The translations under genes and the position numbers were made by a program. DNA of 56,002 bases from an uncultured Bacillota bacterium (GTDB lineage: Bacteria > Bacillota > Clostridia > Christensenellales > Borkfalkiaceae). How positions within the stretch are numbered: the stretch's first letter is position 1; each line of letters begins with the position of its first letter. The notes under the pieces are model-generated. The model was not told the DNA's origin. It made no database searches and saw nothing but the letters and a program-made list of their open reading frames with translations. Shown one piece after another: positions 9,906 to 20,078 of the stretch. The stretch is from contig CASEFE010000069.1 of NCBI GenBank assembly GCA_949287105.1, positions 1-56,002 on the forward strand. Reading direction: 5' to 3'.

Positions 9906-10445
9906 ATGCACCAGGATGTAGAAAACATAATGTTTTCCAAGGAACAGATTGAAAAGCGCATCGCCGAACTTGCCGCGCAGTTGGATCGGGAGTATGCGGG
10001 GAAAAATCCGCTTATGGTCGGAATACTCAAAGGGAGCGTCATGTTTTATGCCGATCTTTTGCGTGCGATGACCATTCCTGTGGAAATGGATTTTATGGCA
10101 ATTTCATCGTATGGCGCAGGAGCAAAGTCTTCGGGCGAGGTGAAACTGATCAAAGATTTGGATCGTAAGATCGAAGGGCGGCATGTGATCATTGTTGAAG
10201 ATATCATCGACTCGGGGTATACGCTTTCGTATCTGAAACGGATGTTGTATTCGCGTAAACCCGATTCTGTCAAGATCTGTGCTTTGTTGGATAAATACAG
10301 CCGTAGGGTGGTGCCCATCGAAGCCGATTACAAAGGCTTTGATTGTGAAGACGAGTTTGTCGTCGGGTTTGGCTTGGATTATGCCGAACGGTATCGCAAT
10401 TTGCCTTACATAGGAATTTTAAAACGAAGCGTGTACGAAAAATAA
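9906..10445 (+). CDS. hpt: Hypoxanthine phosphoribosyltransferase
   Basis: [25 protein letters not shown] motif, [20 protein letters not shown]. Confidence 0.97.
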   Translation: MHQDVENIMFSKEQIEKRIAELAAQLDREYAGKNPLMVGILKGSVMFYADLLRAMTIPVEMDFMAISSYGAGAKSSGEVKLIKDLDRKIEGRHVIIVEDIIDSGYTLSYLKRMLYSRKPDSVKICALLDKYSRRVVPIEADYKGFDCEDEFVVGFGLDYAERYRNLPYIGILKRSVYEK

Positions 10446-10536
10446 GTGTTTTAAGAAAAGTTTTAAAAGGCGTAATGCGATCATACTTTTGTAAGATCGA
10501 TATTTTAACGGAATAGTTTTAAAATGAGTAAAAATC

Positions 10537-10582
10537 ATAAGCCTGTACGGAGCCGCGGATAAGCGGCTCCGTACGGGCTTAT
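10537..10582. terminator. Long hairpin after hpt
   Basis: ATAAGCCTGTACGGAGCCGC / GCGGCTCCGTACGGGCTTAT. Confidence 0.7.
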
Positions 10583-11120
10583 TTGTATAAGAAAACCCGC
10601 TAAAAGTGCGCGGGTTCGAACAAGCTTTGCCAAAGCAACAATAAAATCTGAAAGGCCAAGCAAGCGCTGTAAATAAAAACAAGAGTTAAAAGAAAGTTCA
10701 GGAAAAGATACAAAGCGGACAAAAAATTAAGAGTAAAGACAACGAGAAACAGAAAAACCGATTGACGATTTTCAGCAACAACTTTGAATCTGCATGTAAA
10801 ATTTGTGTGCGGCTTATGCCGCAAGCATGAAAATGGCTTATAAACACAAAAACCAAGATTTTGCGGATAGATTTTAAGATGCAGAATACGTTGATATGAT
10901 TTTTAAGAAAAATACAGGTATCATTCATGAGAAAAGACTGTATTTGTTTTTCTATAAAATCCAAATACAAAAGAGGGTTGTTGAAGCCATGCGCTTAAAG
11001 TATCTTGTCAAGCCATTGAATATCGGCAGTGCTAAATTGTGTATATTTCGATACATAAAAATTTGCGCACCGCTTTGAGGTTTTTAAAACAGATTTTTTG
11101 TTCAAAGGCGCAAAATTTTT

Positions 11121-12227
11121 TTAGCGCAGACCTTGCTGTTTGCAGAGTTGAAGAGCGCTTGCGATCACTTTATCCATATCGTAATATTTGTATTCGCCCA
11201 GTCTGCCTCCGAAAATCACATTCGGGCATTCTTGTTTGATTGCATCGTACGAAGCGGCGAGGGCGGAATTTTTTTCGTCGTTGACGGGGTAATAAGCTTC
11301 CATTCCCTCTTTATATTCGGCGGGATATTCCCTCGTGATGATGGTTTTCGGCTGTTTTCCGAAATTAAAATGCTTGTGCTCAATGATCCGTGTGTAAGGG
11401 ATTTTTGCTTCCGTGTAGTTGATGACGGCATTGCCTTGGTAGTCGGGGATATTCAAAGTTTCCGTTTCAAAGCGCAGGGAACGATATTCAAGCTTTCCGA
11501 AGCGGTATCCGAAAAATTCGTCCGCTTTTCCGGTATAGATCGTCTTTGTGAAAGTATCGTTTGTGGAGCGTATGAAATCAAAATAGTCGGTATTCAGCAA
11601 AACTTTGGTGCCGTTCAGCATTTTTTCGACCATGGAAGTGTACCCTTCGACGGGGATACCTTGGTATTTATCGTTGAAATAGTTATCGTCGTAAGTGAAA
11701 CGCAGGGGCAGCCGCCGAATAATGAAAGCGGGCAGTTGTGTGCAGAGGCGGCCCCATTGTTTTTCGGTGTAACCTTTGATCAAGGTTTCATAAACGTCGC
11801 GTCCGACAAGGCTTATCGCCTGTTCTTCAAGGTTTTCCGGCGTTTTTCCGGCAAGGCAGGCACGTTGTTCATCGATAATTTTTTTAGCTTCTTCGGCCGT
11901 ATGAACGCCCCAGAGGCTCTCAAAGGTGTACATATTAAAGGGCATGCTGTAAACTTTCCCTTCAAATTTTGCCTTTACGCGATTGATAAAACCGTTGAAA
12001 GAGGCAAAGCGATTGACGTATTCCCATACTTCTTCGTCGGACGTATGAAAAATATGAGCACCGTAGACGTGCACGTCAATGCTTTCGCGTTTTTCGGTAT
12101 AGATATTTCCGGCGATATGTCCGCGCCGTTCTATCATTAGGCAGGTTTTGCCTGCGCGTGAGGCATGTTCGGCAAAGACCGCGTTGAAAAGTCCTGCACC
12201 TACGAGAAGATAATCAAAATGCGCCAT
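11121..12227 (-). CDS. glf: UDP-galactopyranose mutase
   Basis: VGAGLF FAD motif, YGAHIFHT, YTEKQWG, YFNDKYQGIP, TRIIEHKHF, GRLGEYKYYDMD. Confidence 0.96.
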   Translation of the reverse strand: MAHFDYLLVGAGLFNAVFAEHASRAGKTCLMIERRGHIAGNIYTEKRESIDVHVYGAHIFHTSDEEVWEYVNRFASFNGFINRVKAKFEGKVYSMPFNMYTFESLWGVHTAEEAKKIIDEQRACLAGKTPENLEEQAISLVGRDVYETLIKGYTEKQWGRLCTQLPAFIIRRLPLRFTYDDNYFNDKYQGIPVEGYTSMVEKMLNGTKVLLNTDYFDFIRSTNDTFTKTIYTGKADEFFGYRFGKLEYRSLRFETETLNIPDYQGNAVINYTEAKIPYTRIIEHKHFNFGKQPKTIITREYPAEYKEGMEAYYPVNDEKNSALAASYDAIKQECPNVIFGGRLGEYKYYDMDKVIASALQLCKQQGLR

Positions 12228-12281
12228 AGTTTCTCCTTATTGTGTCGCTAAAAACAGAAGCCCGGCATTGGCCGGGCAATT

Positions 12282-13058
12282 TTATGATTTCCCTGTTTCC
12301 GAAGGTTGCATCATTGTTTGTGTATATTCTTGAAAAACGGTTTTTGCATCGCCGTCGGCGATCATATGGCCGCGTTCGATCCAGATCGCGCGGTCACAAA
12401 GTTTTTCGACGACGTCGCTGTGTGAAACGATGAGAAAAGTCAATCCTTTTGCGCGAAGCTCTTCGAGTTTGTTGTAGCATTTCTGTTGAAATGCCATGTC
12501 ACCGACGGCAAGGATCTCGTCAATGAGCATGATTTCCGATTCCATGTTGATAGCAATGGAAAAACCGAGCCGTGCGAGCATACCGGAAGAGTAGGTCTTT
12601 ACGGGTGAATAGATAAACTCACCGAGTTCGGCAAAATCCAGAATGCTCTGTAATTTTTCGTCGATCTCCTTTTTTGTATAGCCGAGAATGGCGGCGTTGA
12701 GGTAGATATTTTCCATGCCGGTTGCGTTTCCGTCGAACCCTGCGCCGAGCTGCAAAAGGGGAGAGATCCGGCCGTAACAGCGGGCGTAGCCTTTCGTGGG
12801 TTTGAGGATTCCGGAAACGATTTTCAGCAACGTACTCTTGCCTACGCCGTTTCTTCCGATCACGGCAACGGCTTCTCCGCGGTGTACCGTAAAGCTGATG
12901 TCTTTGAGACAAACAAATTTTTCGCGTTTCAAGTCTCTTTTGAAAGCGCGTACGACCAGCTCTTTCAGGGAATCGACGCCGACTTCGTATCTTGTAAAGT
13001 TCATGGTGACGTCTTTGACTTCGAGCAGGACTTCTTTTTGAGAATCGGAGTTTACCAT
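12282..13058 (-). CDS. Polysaccharide ABC exporter ATPase (Wzt/TagH-like, no C-terminal carbohydrate-binding domain)
   Basis: GRNGVGKST, TYSSGMLARLGFS, LIDEILAVGD, VSH. Confidence 0.92.
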   Translation of the reverse strand: MVNSDSQKEVLLEVKDVTMNFTRYEVGVDSLKELVVRAFKRDLKREKFVCLKDISFTVHRGEAVAVIGRNGVGKSTLLKIVSGILKPTKGYARCYGRISPLLQLGAGFDGNATGMENIYLNAAILGYTKKEIDEKLQSILDFAELGEFIYSPVKTYSSGMLARLGFSIAINMESEIMLIDEILAVGDMAFQQKCYNKLEELRAKGLTFLIVSHSDVVEKLCDRAIWIERGHMIADGDAKTVFQEYTQTMMQPSETGKS

Positions 13059-13067
13059 GGTATCACC

Positions 13068-13871
13068 TCACAGCCGCGCCGCAATCTGATTGCGGACGGT
13101 GCTAAGAAATACATAACCGATCACAAACATGGCGATTCCGAAACCATAACAGATAATGTGCGTTTCCAATGTCGGAACGGTGCCGATCAGAAGATCGCGG
13201 AAATAATTGACATAATGGTACATCGGATTGAGTCGCATAAATTTGCCGATGTAATCGTTTTTCAATGCGTCGATGGTATAAAACAGAGGGGTCAGGTAAG
13301 TCCAAAGTGTGAGAACGACCGAATAGATGTGTTTGAGATCGCGGAAAAATACATACAGCGCACTCAAAAAATAAGAAAGCCCGAGAGAAAACAAAAGGAT
13401 CGCAGGCAAAAGGATGACGGTCAGAATGATCTCCCATGTAAAGGCATATGCCCCCGCAAAAAAACGGAAAAGCATGACGATCAGCAAAGCGATAAACGAA
13501 AAACCAAAGGTCACAAGTGCGGAAAAGACGTTTGCCGTCGGAAAAAGCCCGATCGAAACATTGGTCTTTTGCAGCATATCCTGCTGTTCAACAAGACAGG
13601 GCAGCGAACCAGTGGTGGACGCGCGCATAATTCCGAAAATGATGTTTCCCGAAAGGACGTAGATCGGATAATCGAGCGCAATGCCTTCGCTTCCGAACAG
13701 ATTGATAAAGACAAATGCCATTACGATCATGTTCAGCAGCGGGTTCAGCACGGTCCATAGAATGCCTATGAACGAACGGTAATATTGATTTTTGATATTT
13801 CGCCGGACGAGCAACCGCAAAAGATACAGTTGCTGCATGGGGCGTTTTGCATAAATTGTGTCTTTTTCCAT
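13068..13871 (-). CDS. Polysaccharide ABC exporter permease (Wzm/TagG-like)
   Basis: YYRSFIGILWTVLNPL, VFFRDLKH, YLTPLFY, LNPMYH..FRD. Confidence 0.92.
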   Translation of the reverse strand: MEKDTIYAKRPMQQLYLLRLLVRRNIKNQYYRSFIGILWTVLNPLLNMIVMAFVFINLFGSEGIALDYPIYVLSGNIIFGIMRASTTGSLPCLVEQQDMLQKTNVSIGLFPTANVFSALVTFGFSFIALLIVMLFRFFAGAYAFTWEIILTVILLPAILLFSLGLSYFLSALYVFFRDLKHIYSVVLTLWTYLTPLFYTIDALKNDYIGKFMRLNPMYHYVNYFRDLLIGTVPTLETHIICYGFGIAMFVIGYVFLSTVRNQIAARL

Positions 13872-13889
13872 ACAATCTCTCCCATGATA

Positions 13890-15023
13890 TTACCGTGAGT
13901 TAGAGGTGCAACCCTGTGTTTTCAAAAAATCCGCAAGAGCGTTATCGTAAAAATCGGTCAGCCGATGTGCTTCGGTTTCGATATCAAAATGTGCTGCGCG
14001 CAAGATCGCGTTGTTGTCCGGTTGTTTTTCGCGCGGTAAAGCCATTTCCTTTGCCCATATCTCTTTGTCGAGCGGAAGAAACTTATTTTTGTCGCATACG
14101 CTTGCTTCTAAGCTTACTTTGTCCGAAAACAGACAGGGCAATCCCGATGCCTGCGCCTCGATCCCGACGACGGGCAGACCTTCATACAGGGAAGGGAGAA
14201 CAAACACGTCTGCGGCACGATACCACGGCGCCGGATCGCAAGGGGGGACCCAGCGGATATACCCGTTGATTCCGAGCTCTTTGGCGTATTTTTCCAGCGT
14301 TTCCCTCTGTGCGCCGTCGCCGAGCATGACGAGGGTCATCGGACGGATCTTTACGGCGAGCGCAAAAGCGTCAAGCAGAAAAAATAAGTTTTTCTGCGGT
14401 ACGAATCTGCCGACAAAAAGGGCGGTATATCCGGTTTTTTGTGCGGCGGGTCCTTGCGGGGAAAATTTATTCAAGTCGATCGCGTTGGGGAGGATGAATG
14501 CCTCTTCGGCACGTTTTCCATACAAATTTTCAGCTGCAAGTTTTCCGCAGGCCATCCGATGCGTCGCACATTTTGCGGCGAACGGTCTTAAAACGGCTTT
14601 GGCAAAGTAGTGGTCGGATTGCCTGTCAAACGTACTGTGCGCATGGCAGATCCGAATGGGAACGCCGGCGCTTTTTGCCGCTCGCAACGAAAATGCCGAA
14701 AGGGTCGTAAGGTGCGAGTGTGCAATAGCATATCTGCCCTTTTTGAGTATATCTTTTAGCTGGAAAATTGCTTTCAAAAAGGACGCGCCGTCAAACGGCG
14801 CGATATAATAGATCCTTGAATTTCCGTCGATCCTGCAGACCGATTCATCAAACTGTGAGGGGCCGTAGGTAATGAAATCAAAACGGTATTTGCTTTTGTC
14901 TATGTGCCGATAATAGTTCATCAGACATGAAACGACACCCCCAAGGCGCGCGTTGCCCACAATTTGCGCCACCCGAACGGGAGCCTCGGTGTCAGTGCGA
15001 ACAGGATCAAACCGCATCGTCAC
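13890..15023 (-). CDS. GT4-family glycosyltransferase (EpsF-like)
   Basis: RICHAHS, LPNAIDL, FVGRFVPQKN, PSLYEGLPVVGIEAQASGLP (EX7E). Confidence 0.9.
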   Translation of the reverse strand: MTMRFDPVRTDTEAPVRVAQIVGNARLGGVVSCLMNYYRHIDKSKYRFDFITYGPSQFDESVCRIDGNSRIYYIAPFDGASFLKAIFQLKDILKKGRYAIAHSHLTTLSAFSLRAAKSAGVPIRICHAHSTFDRQSDHYFAKAVLRPFAAKCATHRMACGKLAAENLYGKRAEEAFILPNAIDLNKFSPQGPAAQKTGYTALFVGRFVPQKNLFFLLDAFALAVKIRPMTLVMLGDGAQRETLEKYAKELGINGYIRWVPPCDPAPWYRAADVFVLPSLYEGLPVVGIEAQASGLPCLFSDKVSLEASVCDKNKFLPLDKEIWAKEMALPREKQPDNNAILRAAHFDIETEAHRLTDFYDNALADFLKTQGCTSNSR

Positions 15024-15739
15024 AGAAGAGAGGAGGGGCGAAGGTGCGCAACCGTTTCGGGGCTTACGGTATAATGTCTGCGTACTTCGCGTTTCAGACG
15101 TCTGTATTCCTGTTCAGAGACAGGCCTTAAATAGCGTTTTTCGCCGAACAGTACGACGCCGACTGTTTTGAGCGTTATTTTAATATCCATCCACAGTGAA
15201 ACGTGCATCACATAGTAAACGTCGTAAAATTTTCTGTCTTTGATGCTGAGATGGCCGTTGCCGTATACTTGTCCGAGTCCCGTAAGACCGGGGCGCATCT
15301 CAAATTTGACCATTTCCCAGTCTTCGTAATCGGTATCAAAAACGGGGAGCAGAGGCCGCGGTGCTATAAAACACATGTCTCCGCGAAGAATATTGAACAA
15401 TTGAGGCAATTCATCGAGTTTGAATTTCCGTATCAATTTGCCTACATGCGTGAGATTCGGATTGCTGTCGAGGATGACTCTTTTGTCTTTGTCATATGAA
15501 ACATCCGTGCTCTTCATGGAACGAAATTTATAACAATTGAATTTTTTTCCGCCTGCTCCTGTTCTTCTCTGTTTGAAAATGACGACGCCGCCGTCTTCCG
15601 CCTTGATTGCGATGGCTATGCCGAGCATAAGCGGGGATAATGCGACAACAAGGATGAGTGCAATTAAAAAATCGGCTGAATATTTCACACCTATGTAAAA
15701 TTTGTTCATAATGCTGTCCGCGTTTACTCCTTCCAACAA
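15020..15739 (-). CDS. Priming sugar transferase (undecaprenyl-phosphate phosphoglycosyltransferase); start may be ATG 15709
   Basis: FKQRRTG, YKFRSM, KLDELPQLFNILRGDM, RPGLTGLGQV. Confidence 0.9.
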   Translation of the reverse strand: MLEGVNADSIMNKFYIGVKYSADFLIALILVVALSPLMLGIAIAIKAEDGGVVIFKQRRTGAGGKKFNCYKFRSMKSTDVSYDKDKRVILDSNPNLTHVGKLIRKFKLDELPQLFNILRGDMCFIAPRPLLPVFDTDYEDWEMVKFEMRPGLTGLGQVYGNGHLSIKDRKFYDVYYVMHVSLWMDIKITLKTVGVVLFGEKRYLRPVSEQEYRRLKREVRRHYTVSPETVAHLRPSSLL

Positions 15740-16146
15740 TTCTTTTTCCGAAACAGGACCAAAACTTCAAAAATGCGCCATGGTTTTCCAAAGAACACAG
15801 CGCATGCAATCGTTTTACTCAATTATCAGCAAAGCTAATTATAACATATAATAAGCGCGCACGCAAACGAAATGATTGCAAATCGCATATTTTTATGAAT
15901 AATTTCTTTGAAATCATGTGAGATTTACTTGTTTTTGTGTTGAATTTGGTATTTTTTGGACGAAAGTAAATATTCTTTCTGCTTCGGCACTACTATAATG
16001 CGCTATGAATTTGAAAAGTTTGTATACTCTTTATGAAAAATTGATAAAATTGTCTTTTCTTTCCTTGTTTTTGGCGTCACTTTATAAAAACCTTTTGCCA
16101 GTTTTATGCATACTATGGTATTGATTTTCTTTTGCGAGGTGGCGCC

Positions 16147-16815
16147 ATGCGTTATACTCTTATCTCACCGCACACGTGTACGATTTCGGAAGATGCAATC
16201 ATCGGTGACGGTGTCGTGATTTATCCCAACAATCACATTTTGGGGAAATGTGTGATCGGAGCAAATGCGGTGCTGTATCCGAACAATATAATCGAAGACA
16301 GCGAAGTAAAAGAAGGTACAACAGTTACGGCGAGCGTTCTTATTGGCGCAAAAGTGGGAAAGAATGCAAAGATCGGACCGTTCTCCTATCTTCGTCCGGA
16401 CAGCGAAGTGGGAGATCTGTGTCGCATCGGTGATTTTGTGGAAGTAAAAAAAGCGCAGATCGGTGCGGGGACAAAGGTCAGCCACCTTGCGTATGTAGGG
16501 GATGCACAAATCGGTACCGATTGCAACATCGGGTGCGGTGCCATATTCTGCAATTATGACGGAAAAAAGAAAGAAAAAACGACGGTCGGCGATTATGCTT
16601 TTATCGGCAGCAATGTCAATGTTATTGCACCTGTTCATATCGGAGAGGGGGCTTATATTTCAGCAGGTGCCACAGTCACAAAAGATGTGCCTGCGGGCGG
16701 TTTTGTGATCGGGCGTACGCGGCAGCAGGAAAATGAGGCGTTGGCACAAAAATACGCATACGTATTGAAAAAAAAGTGTACAAAATCCGACGATAAAGGA
16801 GGAAAAAATGCGTAA
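16147..16815 (+). CDS. Stand-alone GlmU C-terminal domain (glucosamine-1-phosphate N-acetyltransferase, left-handed beta-helix)
   Basis: IGPFSYLRP, IGDFVEVKK, KVSHLAYVGDA, NIGCGAIFCNYDG, FIGSNVNVIAPV; only 222 aa with no uridylyltransferase domain. Confidence 0.88.
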   Translation: MRYTLISPHTCTISEDAIIGDGVVIYPNNHILGKCVIGANAVLYPNNIIEDSEVKEGTTVTASVLIGAKVGKNAKIGPFSYLRPDSEVGDLCRIGDFVEVKKAQIGAGTKVSHLAYVGDAQIGTDCNIGCGAIFCNYDGKKKEKTTVGDYAFIGSNVNVIAPVHIGEGAYISAGATVTKDVPAGGFVIGRTRQQENEALAQKYAYVLKKKCTKSDDKGGKNA

Positions 16816-18103
16816 TTATTTCGGAACGGACGGCATAAGGGGCATAGCAGGGGAAGAGCTGACGGCGCGGACTGCCTTTGCTCTCGGAAATGCATTGTGT
16901 CGCTTGAAGGGGGCGCCGCTTGTGGTTGTCGGCAGGGATACGCGCACATCGTCGGATATGCTGTCGCTGGCGTTATCGGCGGGCGTCTGTGCAGGAGGGG
17001 GAAGTGTACGCGACGGCGGCGTATTGCCCACAGCTGCCGTTGCTTTTTTTGTACGGAAGTTGGGTGCCGATTTTGGGGTAGTGATCAGTGCGTCGCACAA
17101 TCCTCCGGAATTTAACGGATTGAAGGTGTTTGACGGAAAGGGCTGTAAACTTTCGGAAGAGGAAGAAGAGCGCGCCGAGCGCAATTTTGACGAGTATTCG
17201 TTTGCGTCTGCGTTGCGTTGCGGGCGGTGTTTTCCGCTCAATCGGCGTGGGGCTTATGCTGCTTTTCTCGAATCGTGCTGCGAGCGGCCTCTTACGGGTA
17301 AAAAATTTGTTCTTGACTGTGCCAACGGTGCGGCGGGAGAAATTGCTCCGCGCGTATTTTCCGCTTTGGGTGCAAAGCTACATGTTTTTGGGCGCAGCCG
17401 AAGCGGCCGCAAAGTCAATGTCGGGTGCGGCGCATTGCATCCGGAACGAATGTGTGCGGCTGTTGTAGAGACGGGGGCGGATGCGGGATTTTGTTATGAC
17501 GGAGACGCTGACCGTCTGATTGCCGCGGATGAACACGGAAATCTTGTCGACGGAGATAAGATCCTTTGTATTCTTGCAAAGGATCTCAAAGCAAAGGGGC
17601 GGCTCAGACAGAATCTTGCCGTGGGCACCTCGCACACAAATACGGGCGCCGAGCGGGAACTGGAAAGGGCAGGAATACGGCTGTTCCGTACAGATGTGGG
17701 GGATAAATACGTGGCGGAATATATGCGCAAAAGCGGTGCGGCGGTAGGCGGAGAGCAATCCGGACATATCATTTTGTCCGACTATTCCACGACTGGCGAC
17801 GGAATACTTTCTTCCCTGAAAATTGCGGAATTGATTACGGAAACCAGTTTTTCTCAGCTTGCGGATATTCGGTTATTTCCGCAATACAATGTGAACGTGC
17901 GGGTAAAAGACAAAGTTCGGGTGCTTGGCAACGAAGAGGTTCGGGCGGCGGTGGAAGAAGCGGGAAGGAGCGTTGCACGGTTGGTCGTGCGTGCATCCGG
18001 AACGGAGCCGGTCGTACGCGTATTTGCCGAAGCGGAAGATCTTGGTGCGGCGCAGGCGGCGGCCGATCGTGTTTGTGCGCAGATCATGCGATCGGAGGGT
18101 TGA
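16808..18103 (+). CDS. glmM: Phosphoglucosamine mutase
   Basis: YFGTDGIRG, GRDTRTS, ISASHNPPEFNGLK, DGDADR, VGDKYV, GGEQSGHII, RASGTEP. Confidence 0.95.
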   Translation: MRNYFGTDGIRGIAGEELTARTAFALGNALCRLKGAPLVVVGRDTRTSSDMLSLALSAGVCAGGGSVRDGGVLPTAAVAFFVRKLGADFGVVISASHNPPEFNGLKVFDGKGCKLSEEEEERAERNFDEYSFASALRCGRCFPLNRRGAYAAFLESCCERPLTGKKFVLDCANGAAGEIAPRVFSALGAKLHVFGRSRSGRKVNVGCGALHPERMCAAVVETGADAGFCYDGDADRLIAADEHGNLVDGDKILCILAKDLKAKGRLRQNLAVGTSHTNTGAERELERAGIRLFRTDVGDKYVAEYMRKSGAAVGGEQSGHIILSDYSTTGDGILSSLKIAELITETSFSQLADIRLFPQYNVNVRVKDKVRVLGNEEVRAAVEEAGRSVARLVVRASGTEPVVRVFAEAEDLGAAQAAADRVCAQIMRSEG

Positions 18104-18104
18104 T

Positions 18105-19898
18105 ATGTGCGGCATCATCGGATGTTTTTCCGAAAAAGATTGTTACGGAAGGTTGCTTCGCGCTTTGAAAAAACTGGAATATCGCGGGTATGATTCGGCA
18201 GGAATTGCCTTGGTACATAAAAACAGACGCCTCCACGAAAATTACAGATTGATCGTGCGCAAAAAGAAAGGATATGTTTCTGCTCTGGAAGGGGCAGTAA
18301 TTTCAGGAGATACAGGGATCGGGCACACACGCTGGGCAACGCACGGTGTTCCGTGTGACAGGAATGCGCATCCGCATGTTTCGGGGAAATTTGCCCTTGT
18401 ACATAACGGGATCATTGAAAACCATGCGGCGTTGCGGCAGGAACTTTGCGAACACGGGGAAACATTCCTGTCCGAAACGGACAGCGAAGTGATCGTAAAA
18501 CTGATCGACCGAAATTATGCAGGCGATTTTTTTGCGGCGGTGCGGGCGGCCTGTGCGCGATTGGAAGGTTCGTATGCGATTGCTGTCATCAGTGCCGATC
18601 ATCCCGGAGAAATTATCTGTGCGCGCTGTAAAAGTCCGCTGATTGCCGCGGCGGGGAAGGGTGCACTGTATGTATGCAGCGATGCTCCCGCGTTGGCCGG
18701 GGAGGCGGAATTTTTCTGCCCCGCAAATGACGGAGAATACATTCGCATTGCGGAGGGAAAAATACTGTTTTACGACAGTGCGGGCAATGAAATCAAAAAG
18801 TCTTTTCTTCGCCTTCCCGCTCAGATCGCCGCATTGGAAAAGGGCGATAAAAGCTTTATGGAAAAGGAAATTGCCGAGACGCCGCAAGCTCTTTCAGATA
18901 CGTTAAAATCTCTGCATCGAACGGATTTTGCGCCTTGTGCGCGTCAATTGCGGGGTGCAAAGCGTTTTTTTGCCGTTGCCTGCGGTACCGCGTATCATGC
19001 CGCGCTTGCCTTTCGCGACCGCGCGGAAGAATGCCTGCATATACCTGTTTTGTGTCAAACGTCTTCCGAATTCCGTTACAGAAGTCCTCTGATCGGAGAG
19101 GGGGATGTACTGGTGGCGATCAGTCAGAGCGGAGAAACGGCAGATACCTTGGAAGCGTCGCGGCTGGCAAAAGAACGCGGAGCGTATCTGATCGCCGTTA
19201 CCAATGTTGCGCATTCTTCGCTTGCGGCACTGGCCGATTTTCCTTTGCTTTTGCGTGCAGGGCCGGAAATTGCGGTCGCTGCCACAAAAAGCTATGTGTG
19301 TCAGCTTTTGGCTGTTTTCTATCTGACTGCGCAGGCGCATTTTTTCAAGCATACCCGAATGCCCGTATGGTTTTTTGAACTTGAAAAACTTTCGGAAACG
19401 GTTCGTGCGGCGGAAGAATGTTTTTTGCAGACGTCGCACCTTGCAAAGCAGCTTTCACAGACTTTCGGTATGTATTATCTCGGAAGAGGGCAGGATGTGG
19501 TAACGGCGATGGAAGGCGCGTTGAAGGTCAAGGAAATTGCCTGTGTTTATGCGGAAGGATATGCGGCAGGGGAACTCAAACATGGCACTCTGGCTTTGAT
19601 CGAAAAAGGATTTCCCGTCATTGCGATCGCAACGGACAAAAAACTCGCAAAAAAATGTGAAAATGCGTTGGCGGAAGTAAAGGCGCGCGGCGGATTTTGT
19701 GCATTGTTTTCGCAATATGAGGATGTGCTTTCGGAAAGCTGTGCCGATTTTTGTTGTCGGTTGCCGTCGATCAGCGAGCCGCTGATGCCTGTGGTTTCCG
19801 TAATTCCTTTGCAAAAATTTGCCTGTGAAATGTGTTTGCTTCGCGGATTTGATCCCGATAAACCGCGCAACCTTGCAAAATCGGTAACTGTCGAGTAA
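18105..19898 (+). CDS. glmS: Glutamine-fructose-6-phosphate amidotransferase
   Basis: MCGIIG, LEYRGYDSAG, GHTRWATHG, HNGIIEN, SQSGETADT, GELKHG, DKPRNLAKSVTVE. Confidence 0.97.
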   Translation: MCGIIGCFSEKDCYGRLLRALKKLEYRGYDSAGIALVHKNRRLHENYRLIVRKKKGYVSALEGAVISGDTGIGHTRWATHGVPCDRNAHPHVSGKFALVHNGIIENHAALRQELCEHGETFLSETDSEVIVKLIDRNYAGDFFAAVRAACARLEGSYAIAVISADHPGEIICARCKSPLIAAAGKGALYVCSDAPALAGEAEFFCPANDGEYIRIAEGKILFYDSAGNEIKKSFLRLPAQIAALEKGDKSFMEKEIAETPQALSDTLKSLHRTDFAPCARQLRGAKRFFAVACGTAYHAALAFRDRAEECLHIPVLCQTSSEFRYRSPLIGEGDVLVAISQSGETADTLEASRLAKERGAYLIAVTNVAHSSLAALADFPLLLRAGPEIAVAATKSYVCQLLAVFYLTAQAHFFKHTRMPVWFFELEKLSETVRAAEECFLQTSHLAKQLSQTFGMYYLGRGQDVVTAMEGALKVKEIACVYAEGYAAGELKHGTLALIEKGFPVIAIATDKKLAKKCENALAEVKARGGFCALFSQYEDVLSESCADFCCRLPSISEPLMPVVSVIPLQKFACEMCLLRGFDPDKPRNLAKSVTVE

Positions 19899-20015
19899 AA
19901 ATAAAGCAAGAAAGATTTTTGAAAAAATCGATAAAGTTTATTTCTTTTCGAAAAGATCAATCGAATAAAAATGAGCAAAAGCCTTGCGCTAAAACAGAAT
20001 AAACGATAAAATTAT

Positions 20016-20057
20016 CGGGCGGCAGCAAACAAGAACTGTTTGCTGCCGCCCGTTTTT
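20016..20057 (+). terminator. Intrinsic terminator after glmS (may also serve the convergent gene)
   Basis: CGGGCGGCAGCAAACA / TGTTTGCTGCCGCCCG followed by T5. Confidence 0.8.
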
Positions 20058-20078
20058 GAATATGATTTTGTAATCGAA

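Noticed and set aside
10600-11120. Short ORFs in AT-rich gaps (also 46938-47171 and 52811-53252)
   Set aside because: No RBS, K/F/I-biased composition typical of non-coding AT-rich DNA, and overlapping frames of equally low quality
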